Shown here: positions 39,587-51,681 of the stretch, piece after piece
How the letters are laid out: each line of letters opens with the position of its first letter
How positions within the stretch are numbered: position 1 is the stretch's first letter
From: Azolla caroliniana
Taxonomy: Eukaryota > Plantae > Polypodiophyta
DNA length: 64,000 nt
Reading direction: 5' to 3'
Assembly (NCBI GenBank): GCA_043228905.1
Contig: JBHGNT010000001.1
Coordinates: 23,870,001 to 23,934,000 of the forward strand
Program-made: the position numbers and the translations under genes
The notes under the pieces: generated by a model
What the model saw: the letters and a program-made list of their open reading frames with translations, nothing else
What the model was told of the DNA's origin: nothing
Databases searched by the model: none

Positions 39587-42356
39587 ATGAGTTCTTCTTG
39601 GGAGCAGGGAAAGGTGTTTGTGGGAGGGATCTCGTGGGAAACTTCTGAAGAGCGCCTCAAAGAATATTTCAGTAGCTTTGGCGAGGTTGTGGAAGCTGTT
39701 ATAGTTAAAGATCGATCGACTGGTAGAGCTCGTGGATTCGGATTTGTTGCTTTCTCTGATCCTTCCGTCACTGATAATATCTTGCTCCACAAACACACCA
39801 TCGACGGACGAACGGTAAGCTTCTTTTGCTTCTCCACCTCATTTTCCTAGCAACAAAATTTAACACCATCCTCTCATCTCTATATTATGTGAAAAGGAAC
39901 TGGCAATATATAAGTCTCAGTTTTGTTCAGCACGAGAACTAGGCGGTTTACTGAATAAAAAATAATGCAAGTTAGTCAGTACGTCCTTTTGTTTCCCCAA
40001 CTTAACACTACCCTACACATCTCTAGCTATGCAATGAACGAGGACTTCCTTTCATCTCTGTATTTTGTGGAAAGAAACTTAAGCTTATCTTATCAGAATA
40101 ATTTTTGGTTTACCTCAGTCAAACGATCCGAGATCATTTTCGTCTCAGCAGATAGGAACAACTGCGTAGCTTGTTCTGTTTATGAGAACAAATATTGTAG
40201 TACAACGGTTGTTCCTTGAGGTGAAGCTGCATAACAGGATCTCTTAATAGCAACATATCATTCTTTGTTGATATCAGTGCACTGGTATTTATGGTTTCTG
40301 GAAATATTATGATTTTTATGGATTGCCAGCAATTGGACTTCGGGTTTTGTGGAAATTGGCTAATGTTTTGGAAAGTAAAAATCCACGACTGTTTCTCTTA
40401 ATGTTATAAAAACTTTTTCCTTCAGGGTTCTAGAACCTTTACAGAGTTTAGTTTAGAGCTGGATCATTGGTTATTGTGATTGTAGACTGGGTTTCTGCTA
40501 ATTATAGGGCATGGGCTCTCCTTATAGTTTCTGGAAATGTGTTAGGGCAAAGTTGAGGAAAACTGCAAAGCAGGTTTTCATTATAGTAGGAAACTGAATC
40601 TTTTAAGGTTTTGGGGAAGTCGACCATTTGGTTCTTGAATCCTAAGAATTAAAATGGTTTGAAACGGTTATGCAATGTTTGAAGGGGGTAGTCTGCGTAT
40701 CTGTCAATGTCTGTGCTAATGTATATATATCAACACACTGTTTTTGTGTTCTTTTGTAGCATTTTCATCAGGTTACTGGTATTTCATGTCTCATGGGCAC
40801 ATATTTCTGTGGAAGTTTCATTGCCCTTTTCTGTTTCTCCCAAAGTCAAGAAATCTGCTCCCTGAGTTTCAGGAATTTCAAGTTTTGGGTACTTTATGGT
40901 TTTCATATGACGTGTCTTCTATCTCACAGTGTTTGAATGTCTAAAAAATCTTTCTCAAACAAACAACGTTTTTGACAACAGTCCATTTTTGTGCTATCTT
41001 TCTCAAACAAACAACTTTTTTGACAACAGTCCATTTTTGTGCTTTCCAATTTTCTGACTCCTCACTTGAAAAGAGTGCAAATTTGGTGTATTTATAAATT
41101 GAGAAGGTTCCTATTTTTGTGGTTTCCTTATTATGGTCTTGCAGATGGCAGATGCTGTCTGTTGTGACTTTTATGTTGCAATGGAAGTTATGTAAATTAG
41201 GCGTAGGATTTGTAACTAGTTTAGCGTTGTTTAATCTATTTAGGTGGAAATCAAGAAAGCTGTCCCAAGAGAAGAGCAGCAGAATTTACCTAGGAGCAAC
41301 AACAATGATTCTGTTTCAAATATAACTAGGACTAAGAAAATATTTGTTGGCGGTCTAGCTACATCTGTAACAGAAGAAGATTTTAGGAATTATTTTTCTC
41401 AGTTTGGAAATATAACAGATGTAGTTGTAATGTATGACCCAGCCACCCAAAGGCCAAGAGGCTTTGGATTCATCACCTTTGACTCCGAGGATGCTGTTGA
41501 GAAAGTTATCCAGCAGAACACATTCCACCAGATCCATGAGAAGTTGGTAGAAGTGAAGAAAGCTGTTCCGAAAGAGCTTGCAGGGGCTCGTACAGTTACA
41601 ACAGGTGGGTATGGAGGTGTGATGGGTGTGGCATACAACAATGGTTATGTACAAGGAAGCAATATCACTAGTGCAAATGCTTATGTCGGACCTAGATTTG
41701 TTCCACCCCAAGGTGGACGAGGTGGATATCCTTCTTATAGTGCACCTACTTATGGACCTATAGGGTATGGAGGTGGTCCTGGATATGGTGTAGCTATGAG
41801 TGGAGGATATGGAGCTAATGCTTACGGTGGTAGAGGTGGATTTTGTCAACCAGGAGGCTATGGAAGTGGTTATGGTGCTCCCCCACCGTCCATAGGCTCA
41901 TCAGGAGTTTATGTAAGTGCACCACAATTAGGTCCAAGAAGCCCATGGGGAAACTCTAATTCAGGGTATGGTCCTTCTGGTAGCCCAGCAGGTGGCTATG
42001 GAGTTGTTGGTGTTGCTGGATATGGTGGTCCAGGCTGGAATTCTGGTCCTGCAACACAGTCTAATGGTGGTGGTTCTCGTTATAATAGTGGTGGGGGATT
42101 TCCTCCCCGCAACATGGCTAATGGAGTGGATTCATATGCTACTGGTTCACAATCACACTATGGAGGCACAGTACCTTGGAAAAGTGGCGAGATTCATGGC
42201 TCTCCTGCTTTAGCTTCAGGAGGTGGGTATGGTAATGTGATGGGTGCTAGTCCCACTGATGCTACAGGGTATGGTGTTGTAGGAAGGCAAACACAACATG
42301 GCCCTGATGCTCGGTTTAGACCATACCCTTCTACTGCTGGCGAAAGGACGAGCTGA
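39587..42356 (+). CDS. 446-aa hnRNP A/B-like (plant RNP1 / Musashi-DAZAP1 type) RNA-binding protein with two RRMs and a Gly/Tyr-rich tail; exons 39587-39814 and 41244-42356
   Basis: RRM1 KVFVGGISW..RGFGFVAF, RRM2 KIFVGGL..RGFGFITF; phase-0 GT-AG intron in DGRT/VEIKKA; C-terminal RFRPY resembles a PY-NLS. Confidence 0.93.
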
Positions 42357-42889
42357 TTCTATATCCCTAGGTTTTTATTTATTTATTATTTATGGAGATA
42401 AACTTGTGTCGCCAGGGTATAAGCTAAACTTCTTTGTCAGGTTATAATATGCTGCCATTTGTGTTACCAAAAACAATGAATTACTGTTTTATGTATAGGA
42501 TATATTGATTTATTATCCTGTTTAATAATATGTTGTACCAGCTCATATTCTTGAAAGATGCGTTAACTAAGACATTTTCGAATGATTGTGTGACCAAAAT
42601 CATAGGTGCAGGTGCAGTGATAGAACTATTAGAATTCAAAGCGAGCTTTTTCTAAGGATTGAAAAAGCTTTCCTTATCTTATGAACTTCTTCCTGGATTT
42701 TGTGGCCTCTTTAACAGGTCAATTCTGAGAAAGGATACAAGCTCAACTCTTTCATGGCCGGCTGAACTCTTCCTGGAATGTGATCTTCTATGGCTCAGAA
42801 TTGAGCTATTGGTTGGGATTTCCCAGGTTGAATTTCTACCTACAAGAAAGGTCATAGACAAGTTTGTCCCAAGTATGTTCATAGATTAA

Positions 42890-43170
42890 CATAAATGGTA
42901 CTGTTCATATCATGCACAAGAAAGGTCTAACAAGTGTTTCGTTAGCGGAATCTCATCATATATATAGATGATACTGTTCATAGAACATGCAAGCACGACC
43001 CTTGTAAAGTGCAAGAACTATTAACAAATGTTCATAACTATAAATGGCAATGTTTATATCATGTACAAGAAAGGTCTAACAAGTGTTTTGTTAATGGAAG
43101 CGCATCGTATATATAGAATATGCTCGCACGGCCCTTGTAGAGTGCTAGAACTATTAACAAATGTGTCCAT
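42890..43170. repeat. Local direct duplication (about 150 bp, two copies)
   Basis: ataaatgg...caagaaaggtctaacaagtgttt...gaactattaacaaatgt occurs twice. Confidence 0.8.
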
Positions 43171-44145
43171 AACTGAAGGTGATTGATAGACTACTCTCTA
43201 GTACGTCTTTAGCTGCTGAAGGTTATGGGCAAAGGTCATGGGCAAGGCGAGCTGAAATAATTGATCATAGAGTCTAGACATAGCACAGCCATTGTAAAGA
43301 CGATGATAAACCACATTTCTTGATGTTTTGTCTTGTTTGGGCTTTCTGTGTTATTAACTGCAATTATCTCTGTTTTATGACATTTACCATCACAAGTTTG
43401 TGAAGTGGAATGTTGTACAGTATGCAGAATATGTGATAATGTCTCTCTGATGTTCATGGCCACACTTCAGTTTCGTTTCAGTTCATGTATTGGGTAATCG
43501 TATAATTACTGGTCAGAACTGATTCCATGTAAATAAAGGGGTGATATATCTCTCATTATTTTGTTAATTTCTTATTCTTCATGTAAGGTTGTTGTCTAAT
43601 GCTAGAACATCTTTCATTTAGAAGAGGACGATGATCTTTCTTGAATTGGAGGACGTTTTAACAATCCATAGTGTTTGATAAGCAGGAAATGATAAGAGAC
43701 AACTATGAAGGCGTCTTATGCCTTTCCCTTTGTCTAAAATGTGAGTGTTGGGAAAATAGACATTGATTAGAATTTATTTTGTGTATGAGAAGGTTAATAA
43801 GGAAAGTGAATTGCATACCTCCCCTAATCATTCTCATTTTTTGTGCGACCGATGTTTTCTATGGAACAAGACTTGACTTAAAAATATTGTTAATTTGGTT
43901 TTGCATAACTTGACTTGGTTAAGAATTTATACCCAACTCAACAACCCCTTCTTGTTTGTTAACAAAAGTTATTGATATGGACACATGGAATGTCCTTGCT
44001 ATGCAACTAATACAACTTGTTCACATTCTCGTGTTGGTCTTGGTTGAGGGTTGTGTTTGATGGTAATGTGATATGACAATGGTCAGATTGTCTATTTGTA
44101 TGACATTGCTGATTACATTGGCATGGCAAAGTAGCTATGTTGGGC

Positions 44146-44500
44146 TAGGGTTTAACAATCGGCATTGGTTCGGTTTGGTTCAAACCTTTATCGGTTTAAA
44201 TGGTTTGAAACCGTGGTTCAAATGGATTAAAAATTAAAATTATAAATATTGAAAATTTTAAATTTTTTTAAATTAAAATGTGATCATTTGAATTTTGACT
44301 GAACTTGAAAACCGAAACTTGAAATTGCGATTTTAATGGTTTAACGGTTTAAAGGTTTGAAAGTCTCTAAAACCATTTGGTTTGAGCTTGAATTTTTTTT
44401 GTAACGGTTCTGTTTAAACGGTTTTGTGGTGCGGTTCGGTGTAAGTTTCAATTTTTTTAAATGGTTTGAGTTTGACACTCTCGAATCGAACCACTACTGA
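44146..44500. mobile_element. Possible decayed hAT-type MITE
   Basis: Starts TAGGG, has dense CGGTT/GGTTT subterminal-like motifs around an AT-rich core; no matching right TIR or TSD found. Confidence 0.35.
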
Positions 44501-44708
44501 TTATTACTTGGGTTGTTGAGGTCATGAAATTGAATCTTTAGAGTTCAAACACAAACCTCAACCAATAATGTTTATATTGTCTTCTTGTATGACAATGCTA
44601 ATTAAATTGGCATTGCAAAGTCATTATGTAGGACTTGCGGTGTTGAGTTCATGAAGTGGAACCTTGATAGGAGTGATAACATGGGGCACGCTGCACTAGA
44701 GCACACGT

Positions 44709-44767
44709 TGTCGCGAAGTTTCGCGTTCGCGTGTAGGAAGAGGCGAGACCACGGGGGTCTTGGACCA

Positions 44768-44834
<67 letters not shown>

Positions 44835-47800
44835 TCTGTTGGAAGCACACGGGTTGTCCACGAAGCAGAGGCAGCGAACGACGATCGGAGGAGAGAGAGC
44901 TCGGCCCTCGGTTCTGTAGCAACACTTCGTCCTTACCAACGCGCGATACCTTTTTCTTCCTTCTCTCCCTCCTTAAATAGTTTATTCCCTGCCCCTCTCA
45001 ACAGAGATACACACAAATCCCCTAATAAATGTGTACTACCTAGTATTTACATCAGCCAACCTAGTTATGAATCATGTACAAAATATCAATTCTCGCGTCC
45101 ACCCATGTAAGAGCCGGTTCATTCGCCTTTTTCTCCGATTCCGCCTATGGCCGGTTTTCTTCACGACATCCACCCCCACCAAACCGCGCATCCACCGGCA
45201 TGCGCCAGAGACGGGTAGATACCGAAGAAAACCGGCTTCACTCGTCGCTCTTCGATTCTTCGTCGGGCCCGAACTGGTCGTCGTTGTCGCTCTCGTCCAC
45301 GCCCTCCGGGTTCGGCTCGTCCTCGAACTGCTTCTTGAACGCTTTGATCCGCTTCCCGGCCACCGGTACCGCTAACCGTGTCCCGTCGAGTTCCACTAGG
45401 TGGTACGTGCCGTTGTCGTTCGTGCTCGTCACCATGTAGGGCCCGAACCATCTCCTCGCGAACTTTCGCACTGCCTTGTGCTGATTGTCGAGGCTATTGT
45501 CGTACACCAAGACCCAGTCGCCTTCCTCGATCTTCTTTGGTCGCAACCGGTGCGTCCGGTTGAACCAGGTCTTATTCCGCTCCCTTGCCGCCCACAACTT
45601 TTCCTTCACCCTTTTCATGTCCTTCGGCCTTCGCTCGAGTTGCCGAATCCGCGCCGCCAACAACTCCTCCCGGCTCATCTCGTCCTTCCAATCTACCGCC
45701 GCCCACGAAGATACCATCCGTTCCACTGGCATGATCGGCTTGGCTTCTGTCCATACATCAGCTCTATTGGCATAAACCCTATCACCAAACTGTGCGTAGT
45801 TCGGTCCGCCCATAGTGCGTAAGGAAGGAGCCGCGGCCAATTCCCGACCTGCCCTCCGCATGCACACACTAACGCCTTTACGATCGGCCCGTGCCCATGT
45901 TCTACCTTCCCGTTCGCCTCCGGATTGTACGCCGTAGTGAGGGATAGTTTGACCCCTAGCCGGTCGAACAACTCCTTAGCTTCCCGTGCATCCAGCTCTC
46001 CCGGGGCACGATCCTCCCGACGCACCCGTATCGACACACTATCTCTTCGATCAGGAACCGGCATACCGCCGTGGTTGTCTTGTTCTACAGTGCACGACCT
46101 TCCACCTGGTTCGTTAAGTCTTCCCGCGCAAGCACCAGGTATCGCATCTGTCCTACTCCCATCAGCATCGTCACCAAGTCCACCATCCACTTGAAATGGA
46201 CCGTAGGCGGGTAGGTCGGGTGTAGCTCGTCCCGATGTCGGACTACGGAGTGCATCTGACAACTTTCGCAAGTTGTTACGAACCGATGCACGTCCCGGTA
46301 TAGCCCCGACCACCAGTACTTCTCCTTTAGCTTCTCGAATGTGGCCCACGTTCCGTGGTGCCCGGCCCAGGGACTCTCGTGAAATGCCGCTAGTAATTCC
46401 TCCTGTTCTTCTTTCTTTACCACTACTCGGAGTGGGATGCCATTTCTTTTCTTTGGGTGCCTCCATATGCACCCGTCCCGTAGGAAGAATTGGTACGCCT
46501 TCTTCTGTACCCGGCTCGCCTCTTCTCTCGTCCACACTGCGTCCGGCGTCATCGCCTGTAGGAACCTCTCGATTTGGAGCCACTCCCCGTCGTACCTGCT
46601 TTCGTCGAATTCGTTAAGCGCCGGAGTGTCCCCTTTCCTCGTTGTCACGTTAGCCGACCCGAAGAAGTCCTCGTCGACTTCCTCGTCATCCGAAACCATG
46701 CCGTCTTCGTCGTCGAACCTTGCTCTCAAAAGCATGTCGGCCATGGCGTTATCTTTTCCGGAGATGTGTTGTATCTCCGGGTTCAGGGACTTAATGTACG
46801 CTATCCACCGGAGCATTGCTAGGTCCAGCGTCATGCATCCGGAAACCATGCCGAGTATCGGCAGGCAGTCCGTCTCGATTATTACCTCTGTCCCAATCAG
46901 GTAGTCCTTGTCGGCCTTGACTGCCGAAACGATACCCCATAGTTCGCGCTTGACTTGGGCGTATCCTCGCTGTCGCTCACTCAATACCTACGCCCTGAAC
47001 CGGATCGGGAATCGTACGCCGTCCTTGTCCTCCTGATTGATCACCCACCCGATCCCGGTCGGGCTCGTGTCCACCGTCACGTAGATGGGGACTCCCTTAG
47101 CGTAAACCGCTTTTCGGAGAGCCGGTGCCGCAACAAGCCCCTCCTTCATCCTCCGGACCGACTCCGTGTGCTCCGTGCTCCACTCGAACCTACGCCCTTT
47201 CTTCAATAGCCCGTAGAGCGGCTCCGCAACATGCGCGTAGTGCGGAATCTAGATGTGGTAGAACGCGCACGCCCCCAAGAATCTGCGGACCTCCGTAACC
47301 GACCCGCAGTCGTCCTTCATCGCGGAGATGGCTTCTACCTTTGCCGGAGACGGTTTCCTACCGTAAGGCCCGCACAGGTGTCCGACCACCAAGATCTCTG
47401 ACGGCTCGAACGCCGATTTTTCTCCGGAGAAGGTGAGTTGTGCGCTCTCGAGCCTCTGCAGCACCTTCTCGCAATCGTTGATGTGGTTCACGACGAACCT
47501 CCGGCACCCGTCTGGCCCGACAGTCTCGTCCGCATCTTCCACTGGACACCCCTTTATCGGGATGTCGTCCAAGAATGGCATGGTGATGTCCAGGATGCAG
47601 TCCCTCAGCATCTTGTTCATTGCGTTCACCATATGCGCCACCGAATTCGTCCCGCCTTATGGTAGGCTACACATTCGTACTAGGCCGAGAGGAGTTCGCA
47701 TCATCGTGATATCCCTGCTCTCCACGGCTAGCTGGAACTGGTCGTACCCCGAGTATAAGTCATCGACCGAATAGATCGACCTTCCAGCGAAGGCCTCTGC

Positions 47801-50800
47801 GAACTCGTCTATGGTCGGTCCCATTCCTGCATTACGGATGGTCACCCTATTGACAGGTTGCAGGTCCTGAATGAAGCGCAGCATGTCGTTCTTCTTCGAT
47901 ACCGTAAACCACCGATTCGAATATGGGGCACTCGACGGTTCGAGGATGCCCATCTCCACCTTTTGCTTCAGAAGCTCCATCAACTTCGGGATGTGAGCTC
48001 TCGACACTGGAATCGGTTTGAGATTCCACGGTACATGCGGTACCGTGAAGATCACCATCGGTTCGACGATCGTCGAGTCCATGCACCCAATCTCCTCCGG
48101 CAAGAAAGCAAAGGCTTTCCCATGCCTTCTGAGCATTCTCCGAAACCTGTCCTCCTCTGCTGGTAGTAGAAAGCCACCCCCACCGACCTTGAGCTCCCGT
48201 AGTGTTATGTCGATGAACCGGTGCCCTATGCCAGCCGGATTCCGTAAACTTGGGGCCGACACGACCCCTTTTATCCGCTCCTCGCTGCCCTCCGGCAAGG
48301 GTGTTGCGACTACCCTCACCTTCCGGTCCATAGTCTTGTACTTTGTATCCATGTGGGCCGTCCGATCCGACCTGATCCTTTCCCCGAAGTCTGCGATGAC
48401 TTCATGCATTCCCATCGAACTAACCGGAACGGTCCGGTCTTCTCTAAGGTCTTCACCGATCACCTTTCGCAACTCGCCCAAGGTATCGTCAAAAGAGACT
48501 GCCTCCACGGTGCCGCTGATTTCTTCGTCGGGGGAGAGGACTCCGCATCCCCTGAGCCGCTCCTCTGCTCGCTTCCTCTCCCGGCTGCTAACGCCGGCTG
48601 TAGTACAACCTCCGTTTTCGGAGAACCAAAACTTCCTACCTACTGTACATGTGTGGGGTTCTTTAGGTACGTCCGAACTACTGTGGCCCCACGCCTTGAT
48701 AGCCCTCTCTAAAAATCCCCTCGGATGTCGATGTCGAGGGTCTCGCGATTCCTCTCATGGTTCGGACGTACGGTCATGAACTAGACGGAATGCCTACCGT
48801 CTTGGCTCTTGACGCGCGCGTATGCCGAACCATTGTCCAACACCTTCGTCTCCATGCGTGCTGCCGTAATGTACGGTTCGCCGAGAATCACCGGCTGCGA
48901 GGATGTTTCTTGCACGAAGAAATGTTGATCTATCTCGACGTCACCGATCTTTATGCGTACATTCGGGCACGCACCATGCAGCTCCTCCGTAGCACGCGTC
49001 GCCGCGCGTATATTCCACCCATGCTTGGTGTTGATCGGCCATTTACCCTTCTTGTAGAAATCCATGGACATCAGGTTGATTTCAGATCCATGGTCTACCA
49101 AGGCCACCACTGGTTCCGGAACGTCGCCGATCCGCACAGGGGTTTCCGTAGTTGCCCTGGCCCAATGCGGCTTCGCGTAGTGGCTTTCCTTCAACTCGTC
49201 TTCTAGGGCCGTGTCTTCTAAGTGCGTAGTCCGCACCTCCATTGGCTTCTCCGGTTCCGGCTCCGTCGAGAGCCTCTTCCGTTTTACCAAGTCTACGATG
49301 GAGTTGTAGAAATCTCTCTTGGCGATTCCCAGCACCTCCCGCAACGACAACTTCACTTTACTATCGAGGATCCGCTCTTCAAGGACCTTCCGTAGGTCCG
49401 TTGCTCTCTCGATTTCGGTGCTCAACCGAAACCCCGCTTGCTTCTTCCCATCCGACACGCTTGGGTTGCCGGCACCGGTTGGTTTCGGTCCGAACCGGGT
49501 CTCGTACCACTGCGGGGGACCGACCCCTCCGGCCTTTCCTGCCTGTTTGTCTTCCACCAGAACCTCGTAGTTCTGGCAAGCGGCTTCTACGAAGCCCGTT
49601 TTCTCTTCGACCGGATCGTCCCATCCAGTGACCTCCTGGACCCGTTGTTCCGCGCGGTCCGCCTCTTCCTTCTTCAGCTGAACTCCGGAGAGGCCTTATA
49701 GCACTAGCGGCCAGAATCCGGAGTCCTTCGCCTTCCGGGTCTCATCACCCCCGACCCGAATTCCCGCCGACGTTGAGTAGTTAACGGCTTCTACATGTCG
49801 TGCCGCGGCCTCTTCCATCAACCTCTTCATTCTGCCGCGCCCCATATTTAGTTCTAGGGCTCTCCGGGTCTTGCTCGCTTGCACCCGCCCATTCCAGAGG
49901 TACACCTCGTTGGTCCTGAGTGCGTCGGCGAAATCCGCGCAATCCTTCCGAATGTGACCGATCGCGTCACACCACATGCACCGCTGCCCAACCGGTGGCC
50001 TCCGGTCGCAAGGTTGTTCACCGCTGTCTCTCCAGGCCTGTGCGATCTGCAGATCGTGCGCCATCAGTGTCAGCTCCTCCAGAGCCGCTCCTCCGGATGG
50101 GCCTTTGACCACATCGTTCGATGTCGACCCCGACTCCAGCCAAATTCGGGTCTCTTCCTTCCTACCGGCTGGCACTGATACCGGCTCCTCGAGCCTCCTC
50201 GCTGGGACCGGTCCTGACTCTGACGAGCTTTCATCGCTCCACTCGTGCCGTTTGTCGAATCGGCTGCAGACCCGTTTTACCACGGCCCAGTCTGTCGTGA
50301 GCCCTTTGTCCGTCTCCAATAGGGGACCCACCTTTTCCCTGTCGAGCGCATCCACCGACTTGACAAACAATAGTACTCGACTTGTTTCGAGCACGGTCCT
50401 GTCCAACGTCGACAACCGCGCGAATCGTTTTTCGAACTCCTGGAGGAGCGCCGACGTGTTCCTCCCTTTTCTGGGGCTTTCCATCCACGCCATAAAGTCC
50501 CACCTCGATAGCCGAAGTGAGTCATCAAATCCGTACTTCTCGAGGAGCTGTAGCTCGAACTCCTCCCAAGTCTGGCATCCGGCCAGCACCTCGAGCACCT
50601 CCGTGTGGATGCTCGGCGTCACTACCCGAGGGAATCCGGACAACCGCCTGTCCACCGAGATATCCCTCATGATCATTTCGGCCCGGTAAGCCACCAAATA
50701 ACTTGTGGGATTCTTCCCACCGAATCGGCCTATGCTGCCGACGATCGATTCAATGGCTCTATCGAGGGTACCCGTCCCCTCGCGAGCGCTCACCAGCCGG

Positions 50801-51147
50801 TCGACAGCTACCGCCATTGCCTCTGCTAGCTCCGATCCCCTCATCTTCCGACTCCTTTGCCGCCTGTTCACGTCGGGTTCACCAATTATGTCGCGAAGTT
50901 TTGCGTTCGCATGTAGGAAGAGGCGGGACCACGGGGGTCTTGGACCAAGGAGAGAGTGTGAGAGAGAGAGAGTTGCAGATACACAGACAGAAATAAGAGC
51001 AAGAAACAGGAATCTGATTACTATAATCAGTAGCTTACAACTCGAACAGTTACAACCGGCAAACCGGTAATGGACCTGACACGGGGTCCTACTCACGCAC
51101 ACAAACGATAACCACACGACTCGAAGAAACAAAAGGGGGGGGGGGGG

Positions 51148-51188
<41 letters not shown>

Positions 51189-51522
51189 TCTGTTGGAAGC
51201 ACACGGGTTGTCCACGAAGCAGAGGCAGCGAACGACGATCGGAGGAGAGAGAGCTCGGCCCTCGGTTCTGCAGCAGCACTTCGTCCTTACCAACGCGTGA
51301 TACCTTTTTCTTCCTTCTCTCCCTCCTTAAATAGTTTATTCCCTGCCCCTCACGACAGAGATACGCACAAATCCCCTAATAAATGTGTACTACCTAGTAT
51401 TTACATCAGCCGACCTAGTTATGAATCATGTACAAAATATCAATTCTCGCGTCCACCCATGTAAGAGCCGGTTCATGCGCCTTTTTCTCTGATTCCGCCT
51501 ATGGCCTGTTTTCTTCACGACA
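44709..51522 (-). mobile_element. Full-length non-chromoviral Ty3/Gypsy element G; 5' LTR 50889-51522, 3' LTR 44709-45168; tRNA-Trp PBS; degenerate
   Basis: 4-bp TSD ACGT (44705-44708 / 51523-51526); 18-nt PBS at 50867-50884 matching the plant tRNA-Trp 3' end TTCACGTCGGGTTCACCA; PPT-like tract at 45169-45178. Confidence 0.93.
45238..50844 (-). pseudogene. Gypsy G gag-pol remnants
   Basis: Zinc knuckle CMWCDAIGHIRKDC, protease LVDHGSEIN, RT DLYSGYDQ..PFLDD, RNase H VDTSPTGIG, integrase HESPWAGH..CESCQ, WFGPY; multiple TAG stops and frameshifts. Confidence 0.9.
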
Positions 51523-51681
51523 ACGTGTGACTGGTAATGATGATGAAGCCAACAAAATGGTTATCCCTATTAAGGTCAATGGTGTGCATTGGGGAGAAAG
51601 CATGCCACATATTGCCAAGTACCTGGAGGGGTAGTGATGCTTGATTGGTAAGGTTAATGGGTTTTTCAAGCACGCCCAATG

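Noticed and set aside
44602-45110. ORFs with ERERER or LSLSLS runs (also near 10644, 15021 and 28757)
   Set aside because: They are translations of (GA)n/(CT)n microsatellites within LTRs.
49696-51279. 527-aa ORF as a Gag with a long N-terminal extension
   Set aside because: The first part runs through the LTR and PBS; the plausible gag start is the ATG at 50844.
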